Of a stretch of 64,000 nucleotides of DNA, positions 25,820 through 38,870 are shown piece after piece; position 1 is the first letter of the stretch, and every line of letters begins with the position of its first letter. This DNA is from Octopus sinensis (lineage: Eukaryota), in contig NC_043007.1 in NCBI RefSeq assembly GCF_006345805.1, positions 39,680,001-39,744,000 on the forward strand. Reading direction: 5' to 3'. The position numbers and the translations under genes are program-made. The notes below the pieces were generated by a model, which worked only from the letters and a program-made list of their open reading frames with translations, searched no databases and had not been told where the DNA came from.

Positions 25820-27099
25820 TTAGGTTGTCAAGAAAGTTCTTGTGGTTTTTAACGTTTAAATTCAGATGCACATATCTCGGCGCAAACAAAACTTTATTAA
25901 TCGAAATAAAAACCATCAGAATCAACACACTTTTGCCAACGCGAAACAAGTTTATTTATGCCAGTAGCGCAAAAATCCTGCGTTCTGGTGGCGATGAAGT
26001 CGTTGAAGGTGTGTTTGTCATCGTTTTGTTTTTTTTTAAGCATTTCTCATGCAGGAAGTTGTCGAAATGCTTGAAAAAGTGGTAGTCAGTAGGCGAGAGG
26101 TCTGGTGAGTATGGCGGATGAGGCAGGGTTCGTAGCCTAATTCGTTCAACTTCTGCAGGGTCAGTTGTGCGACGTGCGGCTGAGCGTTGTCGTGCAGAAG
26201 AATTGGTCCTTTTCTATTCACCAATGCTGGCTGTTTTTCTGTCGTAGTTTCTTATGCATTTCATCGATTTGCTGATATTACTTCTCCGCCGTAATGGTTT
26301 CTCCTGGATCCAAAAAGCTGTGATGGATGAGACCGGATGCAAATCACCAAACAATCACCATGACCTTCTTTTGGTGCAACTTTGGCTTCGGTAAGTGCCG
26401 TGGAGCTTCGTCGGCGTCCAACCACGGAGCTGAGCGTCGCCGTTTGTCATAAAGAATCCACTTTTCATCGCAAGTCACAATCCGGTGGAGAAAACGGGTC
26501 GTTCTTGTGTAAAAGAAGGGAAGACGACACTTCAAAACGGCGTTTTTTTTTGTCGTTCAATTCGTGCGGCGCCCATTTCTCAAGTATTTTTGTTTTACCA
26601 ATCTCTTTCAAGTGGTTGGAAATTGTCGTATACGTTACGTCTAATTCAGAAGCAAGCTCTTGAACAGTTGTGCGTGGATCGGCTTCGAGTAAGGCTCTTA
26701 GTTGATCGTTGTCAACATCCGATGGCTGACTACTACGCTTATCATCTTCAAGACTTTCGTCACCGCTACGAAATTAGTTGAACCGCCATTGTGCTGTACG
26801 TTCATTAGTGGTTCCTGGGCCAAACACATCGTTGATATCGTGAGCTGTTTCAGCAGCTTTTCACCCTAGCTTGAGCCGGAATAAGAAAATTGTACGAATT
26901 TGCTTTTTGTCCATGTTGTATTCAACGTTCCAGAAAAATGGCCTAATTATTAAAAAAAAAGAGTAACACGATTAGATTGAGCGAAAAATGGGCTTTAAAA
27001 TGATATATAAAGTGAAAGTAATTTAACGAAAATTAATTTGAAAATACATAATTTAAAACTAAAATTAAAAATTCTTTAAGAACTTTTTTGACAACCTAA
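25820..27099 (-). mobile_element. Full-length (1280 bp) mariner transposon, Hsmar1/SETMAR-like
   Basis: TIRs ttaggttgtcaagaaagttctt / aagaacttttttgacaacctaa, each flanked by TA. Confidence 0.92.
25897..26914 (-). pseudogene. Mariner DD34D transposase pseudogene
   Basis: [75 protein letters not shown]; several stops and frameshifts. Confidence 0.92.
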
Positions 27100-27530
27100 T
27101 ATATATGTGTGAGTGTATGTATGTATGTATAAAACAAAAAATGATAGTATGTTGGCGACAGGAATTTCTGTCAAAGAGACATGGTTCAACAAAGTTCTAC
27201 ACCATCTCACTCTTTCTCTCACATATCCACTCATTCTCTCTCTTTTGTTATTACACCCACAGCCAACATCGACACTACTACTCTTAATAAAACATCAACT
27301 CTCCCTAAATTTCTTTGTCCCTCTTTCCCTTCCTCTCTTTTTCTTTCTCTCACTCTATCTGCCAGTCTTCGCCACTGACCTCATCGTCTCTATGCCTACT
27401 ATTTCTCTCACCCCATCATGAAGAATAGTAGAAATGTCATTGAATAGTGAATGAGGGGTTCTAAGTGTGACACAACTGTCACACAGAAATTAGTTTTCGC
27501 ATTAATTATATTTGATATACATATATTATA

Positions 27531-27579
<49 letters not shown>

Positions 27580-27620
27580 ATATACATGTGTGTGTGTATA
27601 CATACATTCATGCACACACA

Positions 27621-27704
<84 letters not shown>

Positions 27705-27915
27705 CAAAATGAAACAAGAACGAAAACAATCCGGACAGCTAAGTGATACAGAAAGGGACAACAAAACATCCAGATAGACGATACAAAGAAAACAAGTACG
27801 GGTCATTCGAAACCTTCTATCCTCAGTCAAGCACCAGATTATCCTCGCAACTTCGGCTGATTATTCTGAGATTGCTCCAATCTGGCCAGCCCCAAGGAAA
27901 AACTAAGCTAAGAGC
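27705..27915 (-). repeat. Unclassified repeat fragment between (TA)n tracts
   Basis: Shares tctggtRcttgactgaggaWagaa and tatcNtctatctg with 57770-57890. Confidence 0.4.
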
Positions 27916-27935
27916 ATTGAATATATATATATATC

Positions 27936-28061
<126 letters not shown>

Positions 28062-28140
28062 TATATAATATATATTATATATATATATATATTATATATA
28101 TATATATATATATTATTATATATATATATATTATATATAT

Positions 28141-31100
28141 AGTCAGGAAAATTTTTTTTAAAAAAGCAGAATGCTCAAATGAAAGAAAATTTTAATAAAA
28201 TGAAAATGATAAAATATATAATATATATTTATTCAACCGGTTTTCGTCATTGTATGACTTGTCAAGATATTTATGTTTTAAGAGTTATTTTAAAAAAAAG
28301 AAAGGGGAAAAAAAGAAAATTGCATTGTTTTTTGTAAAAGAATAATGATAAAAATGTACAAAAATTAAAAAATAAGTTCTCCGATACATTGTGAGTTCGT
28401 TGTGTATCTTGAGTTTTATGGTTGTTTACCAAAAAATTACCTTGAGGTGTTAAGATCCAAAGGGATTAAGAGCATGTGATGTGTTGTTAAATTCAGCATG
28501 TTGCAGGACAGGAAGTAGTAGTAATTGTGGTCCTGGTTCTTCAGTTCCTGTGTTGTGGGTAAGGGGAGACAACTCTTTTGAGTTCTTCAATAAAACCCAA
28601 ATTAATAAAACTATCATTTTAGCTTCATTTGCATTATCTTTTTATATAATTGCTTGTTAACTTAACTTTCAGATTTTAACACTTTATTTATATTATTTTC
28701 TAATAATATAAATCTGCATAGACAATTGCATTTCAAATTGTCATATCATTTATAATAAAAATGATAGTAATAACAACAATAGTAAAAATGATATTTAAGA
28801 ATATAAGTTTTAGCTTGAAGTGATGAATGCATGGTATCTTTATATATTTGTGTTAGTCCATCCATGAAGAGTGAGGTAGAGAAAGGAAGTTTGATCAACG
28901 AGGAGTTTGCATATTAAGTTGTGTTTGGAATTTTTCAATAAGAGATTCTCCTTGTTAATTCTCTCCTGTGTGGTGATTCCGTCTTTACATTGGTAGAAGG
29001 GGAATATATAGAATTTGGGGTTTAAGTCTTTAGCACATGAGTCTAAGTGGTCACTCAGTGGAATTTGTCGGTATTCCGGGAAATACCAACCCAAATCAAC
29101 ATCCTAACAAAAATTATAAACCTCTCCAGCAAAACACTGACACCAACCCAAATCAACATCCTAGCAAGAGGTTTGAAATTCACACCCACCCCAAGAACAC
29201 CCAACCCCCCCGGAGGTCAAGGATGACGTTTCTGAATTCTGCAGAAAACTTCGCCTAACAGAAGCTTTGACAGATATCAAAATGGGGACGATTCATTGAT
29301 CAGAAATAAAAGCAACTTCCTACCACCAAAAGGAGAAATAAAACACTGGACAATTCTGTAAACACATCCAGAGTCTCCCCTTTACCCAAGCAAAACCAAG
29401 GTAAAATCCAATTTCAGTAAGGAAGAATGGGAAAACCTACGTGACATACAACTGGTCACTCAGTGGAATTGTCGGTATTCCGGGAGATTTTTGTTCTTTA
29501 TGCACCGTTACTCGTTTACGTAACGGGAGAACTCGTTTGTCCAACATAATTATGTTGGCAACCAGCGCATGTGAGAACGTAGATAAGGTTCTCGGAGGAA
29601 CAGGAGAAGTTAGTCTTGATTTTAAAAACTTCGTACCTTGTTTGAAGGTAAATTCAGAGCCTTCAAGTAGAAAGGGGCAGGTACCACAGTTTGAGCGTGC
29701 ACATTTTTTTACTGTTGGGGTGGATGTGGTGTGTGAAGTTTGGCATTTGTCAAGAGTTTTTTTAAAGATTTGTGTTGCCTTTTGCATTTGAGGATTTTGT
29801 GTGTATTTATAATGTTTTTCATTTTTGGGTCTGTTGACAGTAGCTGAGGTTTTGTATGATTGTGGTGTATGCTTCGATATTTTGGGGTTGTGGGTGGAAA
29901 TGTATGGAAGTATTTTGAGGTTTGTGTGGTGTTAGGTTGGGTGGTTTTCAGTGTAGTGTTGTCTAGTTCTTTGGCGCGTTTTATTCCATACTCTATAAGG
30001 GTGGAGGGATATTGACGTTGTAATAGTGTTTTTTTGAGGTCTTGAAGGCGTATTTCTCGTGTTTTGGATCCGAGACAATGGTGCATACCCTTTTAGCTAA
30101 ATTGAAAGGGATATTTGTCTTGGTGTGTTTTGGGTGGCATGAACTAAAGAGGAGGTATTGTTGTGAGTCTGTAGGTTTGTGGTAGATGTCTGTTATGATT
30201 TGGTTCTTAGGTGTTTTTATAATTAGGAGATCAAGGAATGGGAGATGATGTTTGCTTAATTCCATAGTGAATTGGATGTTGGGATGTATGTTGTTTAGTA
30301 TGGTTTTGAATTCCAGAGTTTTCATAAGGTTCTTTCCATATGATGAAACAATCATCTAAATACCTTTTCCAGTTTTCCATTAGGTAGGTGTGGAAAACAT
30401 GTCCAAATTTCTGGCTTGATATTTCATAGAGTGACAGTTCGAAGTAACCCATTATGAGGTTCGCAAGGACTGGTGCAGCCTTGGTACCCATCGCAATGCC
30501 ACATTTTTGACGGTAGTGTGTGTCGTCGAAGAGAAAAAAATTGTTTGTCAGAATGAACTTAAGAGATTCCGTAATAAAAGACTTGTTAATGCGGTCAGGG
30601 AATGTCTCTGGGTGTTTTTCTAGCCAGAAGTCAATTGCCTCTATACCATACTCGTGTGGAATGTTGGTGTAGAGGTTGATGACATCAAAGGATACCAGGA
30701 GTGCCTCCTCGTTAACTGTTTTCGGGAGGTGTTTGAGCATGTCCAGATCATCCCTAATGAAACTTTTGATGTGGGTAAGAAAGGTTTCAAAAGGATGTCT
30801 AGGAAGTTACTCAGGCGGTGTGTGTTTCACAGGAGGTACCAGCCACGATGGCCTTAGTTTTAGGTCCTCCGGTGCTTTGATGTTGATGTGGATGTCAGTG
30901 GAGAATTTGCAGGCTTCGGTGATGTATTTGTTTTTATGGATTTTAGGAAGGCCATAAAAAAGGCTGGGCTTGCATTTGAAAATGGTGATATAATCCGTTT
31001 CTTTTTCTGTGAGTCCCTGACCGTGTTGGCGTATGAGTGTGGTGAGGTTTCTGATTGTTTTTTGCTGTTTGTAGTTGTTAATAACCTCATAGAAAATGTT

Positions 31101-32527
31101 ATTGTTAAGCATGGAGAACACTAGGTGTTTATAAAATTCCGTGTCCATAAGGACCACAGCACTCCCTTTGTCCGCTTCTTTGATGGTGAGGTTTTTATCC
31201 AGTTGTATGTCACGTAGGTTTTCCCATTCTTCCTTACTGAAATTGGATTTTACCTTGGTTTTGCTTGGGGTAAAGGGGAGACTCCGGATGTGTTTACAGA
31301 AATCGTCCAGTGTTTTATTTCTCCCTTTTGGTGGTAGGAAGTTGCTTTTATTTCTGATCAATGAATTGTCCCCATTGTTGATATCTGTCAAAGCTTCTGT
31401 TAGGCGAAGTTTTCTGCAGAATTCAGAAACGTCATCCTTGACCTCCGGGGGGTTGGGTGTTCTTGGGGTGGGTGTGAATTTCAAACCTCTTGCTAGGATG
31501 TTGATTTGGGTTGGTGTCAGTGTTTTGCTGGAGAGGTTTATAATTTTTGTTAGGATGTTGATTTGGGTTGGTATTTCCCGGAATACCGACAAATTCCACT
31601 GAGTGACCACTTAGACTCATGTGCTAAAGACTTAAACCCCAAATTCTATATATTCCCCTTCTACCAATGTAAAGACGGAATCACCACACAGGAGAGAATT
31701 AACAAGGAGAATCTCTTTATTGAAAAATTCCAAACACAACTTAATATGCAAACTCCTCGTTGATCAAACTTCCTTTCTCTACCTCACTCTTCATGGATGG
31801 ACTAACACAAATATATAAAGATACCATGCATTCATCACTTCAAGCTAAAACTTATATTCTTTAAATATCATTTTTACTATTGTTGTTATTACTATCATTT
31901 TTATTATAAATGATATGACAATTTGAAATGCAATTGTCTATGCAGATTTATATTATTAGAAAATAATATAAATAAAGTGTTAAAATCTGAAAGTTAAGTT
32001 AACAAGCAATTATATAAAAAAGATAATGCAAATGAAGCTAAAATGATAGTTTTATAATTTGGGTTTTATTGAAGAACTCAAAAGAGTTGTCTCCCTTACC
32101 CACAACACAGGAACTGAAGAACCAGGACCACAATTACTACTACTTCCTGTCCTGCAACATGCTGAATTTAACAACACAACACATCACATGCTCTTAATCC
32201 CTTTGGATCTTAACACCTCAAGGTAATTTTTTGGTAAACAACCATAAAACTCAAGATACACAACGAACTCACAATGTATCGGAGAACTTATTTTTTAATT
32301 TTTGTACATTTTTATCATTATTCTTTTACAAAAAACAATGCAATTTTTTTTTTTTCCCCTTTCTAATTTTTAAAATAACTTCTTAAAACATAAATATTCT
32401 TGACAAGTCATACAATGACGAAAACCGGTTGAATAAATATATATTTATATATTTTATCATTTTCTCATTTTATTAAAATTTTCTTTCATTTGAGCATTCT
32501 GCTTTTTTAAAAAAATTTTTCCTTACT
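28141..32527 (-). mobile_element. Penelope-like retroelement in a long inverted-repeat configuration
   Basis: 28141-29455 is the reverse complement of 31199-32527; the RT and GIY-YIG coding body lies on the minus strand. Confidence 0.93.
29454..31575 (-). pseudogene. PLE ORF (reverse transcriptase + GIY-YIG endonuclease), frameshifted, probably 5' truncated
   Basis: IINLSSKTLT..ILARGLKFTPTP, IKEADKGSAVVLMD, FYGLPKIHK, SFDVINLYTNIP, QKCGIAMGTKAAPVLANLIMG, WKRYLDDCF, LPFLD, YHKPTDSQQYL, and NLIYVLTCAGCQHNYVGQT..LRKRVTVH (GIY-YIG, read across a frameshift). Confidence 0.93.
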
Positions 32528-32571
32528 TATCATTTCTCCACGTGCGGTCAACACAACCCCACATTTATTGA

Positions 32572-32654
<83 letters not shown>

Positions 32655-32662
<8 letters not shown>

Positions 32663-33120
32663 GCGATTTCAGATCATCACCATCACTCGGACTCATCACA
32701 GATTTCGCATGACACATGCCTGCTTGAAGAATTTTGCGTTTTTTCACTTTATTTCTAACTCCAAATAGCTTATTTTTTTATGTCTAGCACTATGTCTTTC
32801 TCAGTTTCGAATTTAGGGGTAAAAATAAAGCAACCCTGCAAAATACAACTGATATTGAGAAACAGAGGCGCAGAATAGCAGCAATCAAATAACGACAGCC
32901 GAGTGCACAACAAATATCAGCGATCTGACTGTCACCTGTATTCCTGACAAGAGATGCCAGTTAGTCTTTTACACCTACAAGGCTCGTTCGTACTAGCCCG
33001 AGTTGCTGGATAATTTTCCATTCCTTTAAGAATATTGTAGAACGGAAACTTTTCATAGAGTGGAATTTAAATCTAAATCTATATAAAAGTTTGTCGTTTC
33101 ATAACATTGAATTTTAATTA
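32655..33120 (-). repeat. Unclassified interspersed repeat (family X)
   Basis: Reverse-complement similarity to 57300-57770 (gtaggtgtaaaagactaact...caggtgacagtcagatc...gtgcactcggct...aatctgtgatgag). Confidence 0.8.
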
Positions 33121-33204
33121 CTTTTAATTTTTACGATTCTAAATAAGAACTCGGGCTGTAATCTCTGAGCCACCACTACCACATCCACCACCACCACCAT
33201 CACC

Positions 33205-33250
<46 letters not shown>

Positions 33251-34249
33251 ATAATAATAATAATAATAATACAACGAATATTAACAATAATAATGATAAT
33301 AATAACAACAACAACCGTTCTGCTATAGGCACACAAGGCCTGAATTTGGGGGAGGGGAGGGGTAAGTCTACTACATTGGCCCTCCAGTATTCAACTGGTA
33401 CTTATTTTGCCGACCCTGAAAGGATGACAGACAAAGTCGACCTTGGCGGAATTTGAACTCATAACGTAAAGACGGAGAAAATGCCGCAAAGCATTTTGAC
33501 CGGCGTGCTAACGATTCGGCTATCAAGAACGGCAGCAAAAAACTAACAATGAAAGCAAGAACAACGAGAACTAAATCAAAACAATAACGAAAGGAACAAC
33601 TGGTGTAAAGAACAAAAAGATCGAACATGATTATGACAGCAGCAGCGGTAGCAGCAGCAGCAGCAGCAGCAGCAACGACCACAACAACAACAAGAAGCAA
33701 AACAATAACGATCACAACGAGAGCAATTACAGCAACAACAACAGCAGCAACAATAACAACATTACGTCCAACGCAATAATAAAATGATAATTGATGTAAA
33801 GAAAGACTATAAAAGTGGAAATGAAATAAATATAAAGCAAATAAAAAAAGGAAAGGAAAAGAGGAAATAAAGTAATAATGTAAAAAAGATTTTCCACCCG
33901 TTTGCCATCTGGTCGTAGACACTTCACAGAGAATAGGGGACAACCAGCAGGAGATTAGGGGGTGTCGGGTGTAAACACTTGACAGATTAGTAAGTAGCGG
34001 AAGGTAGTGAAAGGTTTTTTTTCTTTTTCTTTTCGGCGAGGGTCATTTATTAAATAGTAATAACAATGTTTACTCACATTCACACCAGCGCTCAAATTTT
34101 AAGGAGAGAAAGTGCTGTTATAGTGGTGGTGGTGGTGGTGGTGGTGGTGGTGGTGGTGGTGGTGATGGTGGTGGTGGTGGTGACGATGACGACGACGGCG
34201 GCGGCGGCGATGGATGACAAAGATGATGACAATGACGATGAAAATCATT

Positions 34250-35245
34250 TCTTTCATTTTACTCTTTTACGTGTTTCAGTCATTTGACTGCGGCCATGCT
34301 GGATCACCGCCTTTAGTCGAGCAAATCGACCCCGGGACATATTCTTTGTAAGCCTAGTACTTATTCTATCGGTCTCTTGCTGAACCTCTAGGTTACGGTG
34401 ACGTAAACACACGTAAACAGCATCGGTTGTCAAGCGATGTTGGGGAGACAAACACAGACACACAAACATATACACACACACATATACATATATATATATA
34501 CATATACACACACACATATACATATATATACATATATATATACATATACATATATATATATACATATATACGACGGGCTTCTTTCAGTTTCCGTCTACCA
34601 AACCCACTCACAAGGCTTTGGCGACACTTGCCCAAGGTGCCACACAGTGGGACTGTACCCGGTACCATGTGTTTGGTAAACACGCTACTTACCACACAGC
34701 CACTCCTACACCTAAAGAAGTTGAAGACAAAACTTAATAAACCCAAAATAATAAAAGCTAATACTAATACTAATGGAGAAAAACTGCCAAAGTAGCTGGT
34801 GTTATTTAACATTTACTAAAAGAAAGCATTTTATTAATGGCAGGACTCTTTCTCTCTTTACTCTTTTACTTGTTTCAGTCATTTGACTACGGCCATGCTG
34901 GAGCACCGCCTTTAGTCGAGTAAATCGACCCCGGGACTTATTCTTTGTAAGCCCAGTACTTATTCTATCGATCTCTTTTGCCGAACCGCTAAGTGACGGG
35001 GACATAAACATACTAGCCCTAGGGGGACAAACACAGACACACAAACATATACACACACACTTATATGTATATACATATATACGACAGGCTTCTTTCAGTT
35101 TCCGTCTACCAAATCCACTCACAAGGCATTGGTCGGGCCGGGGCTATAGCAGAAGACACTTGCCCAAGATGCCACGCAGTGGGACTGAACCCAGAACCAT
35201 GTGGTTGGTTAGCAAGCTACTTACCACACAGCCACTCCTGCGCCT
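34250..35245 (-). mobile_element. Two SINE family A copies
   Basis: ~34250-34710 and ~34850-35245, each with both arms and an internal tract. Confidence 0.85.
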
Positions 35246-35359
35246 GGAAAATTTTTATAAATTTCACATTTAGCGTATTTTTAACAAAAAAGCCAGAAGG
35301 AAAGCATTTTGTCAATTGCACTATTCTGCTTGCACCTCACCATTATAATAATCCTTTCT

Positions 35360-35935
35360 ATTATAGGCACATGTCCTGGATTTTTTTGGGGAGGGGGACA
35401 ATCCATCACATCGACCTCCAGTACGCAACTGGTACTTAATTTATCGACCACAAAAGGATGAAAGATAAAGTCGACCTCAACGGAATTTTGCACTCAGAAC
35501 GTGGCTTCAGACGAAATTCTGCTAAGCATTTTGTCCAGCGTGCTAACGTTTCTTATTTCTTTATTGCCCACTAGGGGCTAAACATAGAGGGGACAAACAA
35601 GGACAGACAAAGGGATTAAGTCGATTATTAAGTCGATTACATTAAATATGTAAGGCAAAGTCAACCTCGGCGGAATTTGAACTCTGAATGTAACGGCAGA
35701 CGAAACACCTATTTCTTTAATACCCACAAGGGGCTAAACACAGAGAGGACAAACAGGGACAGACAAACGGATTAAGTCGATTGCATCGACCCCAGTGCGT
35801 AACTGGTACTTAATTTATCGACTCCGAAAGGATGAAAGGCAAAGTCGACCTCGGCAGAATTTAACTCAGAACGTAACGGCAGACGAAATACCGCTAAGCA
35901 TTTCGGCCTGCGTGGTAACGTTTCTGCTAACTCAC
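35360..35935 (-). mobile_element. Nested/tandem SINE family B copies
   Basis: Repeated aaggggctaaacacagagaggacaaac and gaaaggatgaaaggcaaagtcgacctcggc blocks. Confidence 0.85.
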
Positions 35936-36035
35936 CGCCTTAACAACAACAGCACCAGCAACAACTACAGTAACATCATCATCAACAACAACAACAACAA
36001 CGACGACGACGATAATAATAATAATAATAATAATG

Positions 36036-36068
<33 letters not shown>

Positions 36069-36137
36069 TAATAATAATAATAAGAAGAAGAAGAAGAAGA
36101 ATAAGAAGAATAATAATAATAATAAGAAGAATAATAA

Positions 36138-36168
<31 letters not shown>

Positions 36169-36170
36169 AA

Positions 36171-37310
36171 TCCACGTTTCACTCCTTAGATATGGAGCAG
36201 GGGTAATCGCATAGACAGTAGACGAACTAAACAGCTTAGACAGAAAGACGAGGAAGTTACTAACTGGATATAGGACACTCCACCCAAAGAGTGACACAGA
36301 CAGACTGTATGTACCAAGAAAAAGAAGAAGAAGACTTATTGGATGCGAACACAGCATTAGAGCTGAAGAAAACAACATAGCATGGTATGAAAAAAATGTT
36401 ACAGAGCCGCTATTATTTATTAGAAGATCAAGCTTGTGTAGGATGAAAGATTGCAAAGATAAAGCACTGTACAAGCAATTGAAAACGAATGAAACTGAAA
36501 ATAGGTGGGTAAAGAAAAGAATGCATTGACAATTTCATAAGGATGTTGAGGATAGGACAGAGAAAAAGGATGGCTGTGGATGACCAAAAGTGATTTAAAA
36601 CCGGGAACGGAGACTCTAGTCTGTGCTGCCCAAGAGCAAGCACTAAGAACAAACTACATAAAATACAGAGTAGGCAACACATCAAAAAGTGATAAGTGCA
36701 GAATCTGTGGACAAAATGGTGAAATCGTATGGTATATTACCAGACAATGTATGCCACTAGCCCAGAAGGAATATAAGAGACGCCACAACAATGTAGCAAG
36801 GCTTGTCCATTGGACGCTTTGCAACAAATTTGGTCTTGACAGAGAAAAAATTGGTAAGGCCACAAACCCGAAGGCATCATCGAAAATGATAATGCAAAAA
36901 ATTCTGTGGGATTTTATGATTCTGTGCGACCATGAGATAGAAAATAGTAAGCCAGACATAGTCTTAATTGAGAAAGAAAGTAAACTATGCTGGATCATAG
37001 ACATAGCATGCCCAACTGACAACAAGGTATGCGATAAGGAAGAAAGAAAAGTCGATAGGTATGACAGGTTAGTTTGGGAGGTAAAGCAGTTGTGGTTTAT
37101 GAAAAAGGTGGTAGTGGTACCAATAATTGTTGGGGCCTTGGGAGCAGTGTGTAAAAATCTCGAGAAGTACATGGAACAAATAGGGGCTGCAATAAGTGTG
37201 GAGCACTTGCAGAAAACAGCACTGCTTGGGACCGCTCGAATACCCCGGAAGGTGCTCGAAAAATAAGAGGTGTTACCTTAGCTCACCGGTAGTGAACAGC
37301 TGTACAAAGG
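36171..37310 (+). pseudogene. R4/Dong-clade LINE 3' third (thumb, CCHC finger, REL endonuclease, 3' UTR)
   Basis: LDRKTRKLL..HPKSDTDRLYVPRK; ORF 36580-37266 with AAQEQALRTN, CRICGQ, LWDF, KPDIVL, IDIACP, VPIIVGALG, QKTALLGTARI. Confidence 0.92.
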
Positions 37311-37338
37311 CAATGATGATGCTAATGATGATGATGAT

Positions 37339-37398
<60 letters not shown>

Positions 37399-37399
<1 letters not shown>

Positions 37400-37960
37400 G
37401 CTATTATGCTGGAAGTATGGATACGCGACAACGGGTGCTTAGTACCAACACACCAGAAAAAGTAGTGGACGAAAAGGGGAAGGCAAAAATCCTGTGGGAC
37501 TTCGACATCAAGACAGACAAGGTGTTAGAGTACTGAAGGCTGGATATAGTAACCTTTAGGAGGGATAAGCAAGAGTTCTTAATAATCGACATAGCAGTGC
37601 CAGGAGATCAACATATCATCATGAAAGAAAGAGAGAAAAGATCGATAAATATGGAGACCTGAGAAATGAGGTGGCTAAGATGTGGCTGCTACGGGAGTCA
37701 AACATAAAAGTTGTCCCCATTGTCATCGGAGCATTGGGTTCAATACCACCCAACTTGAAAAAACATCTGGAAACATTAGAAATACTCTACAATCTAGGTG
37801 TATTGCAAAAATCGGCATTACTTGGAACTGCATGCATATTGCGTAAATTACTGTCTGTCTGAGTTCCTTGTTGTGTCTTGACAGACAGGACGAACCACCA
37901 GTAGACACAATATCTTCAATCAACAACATCACGATATTGGATATTGTTCGACGTCCTAAA
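37399..37960 (+). pseudogene. Second R4/Dong-type REL 3' end (different subfamily)
   Basis: PEKVVDEKGKAKILWDFDIKTDKV..IIDIAVPGD..KYGDLRNEV..VVPIVIGALG..QKSALLGTACILRK. Confidence 0.9.
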
Positions 37961-37994
37961 TAGTGATGATGATGATGATGTTGATGATGATGAG

Positions 37995-38276
<282 letters not shown>

Positions 38277-38870
38277 GGAGTAATGGGGGAAGAGGAATGA
38301 TGCAGGTAGCACTGTACTCTAAGACCTCCACAATAGCAATGAACAAGTACTTATCTAGTACAGAGGACTGGATGCTGCGGCTTGTGTCCAAACACGAAAG
38401 CAACGAAAAAAAAATCACACTCTATTATCAAGGAAGCTGGCAAATTCACAAGGGAACTCAGCAATAACGCTGAATTAGATGAAGAACCTGAAACCTCTGC
38501 CACCAAACACGCAAAACGGCTCAAACAGACTGCAAACAAAAACGGGCAGAAACAAACTGAGGAGCGATGGAGCCAGAAGCCTCAGCATGGACAGTATATA
38601 CTTCGAAACCGAAATGCTGATGTAGACCAAGCAACAAACCATCAGTGGCTGAGAAGCTCAGGACTGAAAGTAGAGACTGACGGTTTCATATTAGTGGCTC
38701 AAGATCAAAGCTTGCTTACCAAAAACTACCAGGCTAACGTTCTTCAAAAGGTCTGGCTCCCAATGCAGATTCTGCGATAAATTTGATGATACCATAGACC
38801 ATCTCATCTCGGAATGTCTTGTACTGGCATCAAATGAATACAAAAATGGGCTACAGCAAACATTCTGCTC
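38277..38870 (+). pseudogene. Third R4/Dong-type fragment (thumb to CCHC finger)
   Basis: GGRGMMQ, EDWMLRLV, KPQHGQY, WLRSSGLKVETDGFILVAQDQSLLTKNYQAN, CRFCDKFDDTIDHLISEC. Confidence 0.88.

Noticed and set aside
32105-32150. CTGAAGA enclosed by a 7-bp stem (acaggaa/ttcctgt) in the Penelope 3' repeat
   Set aside because: No GAAA and no stems II/III; not a hammerhead as written.
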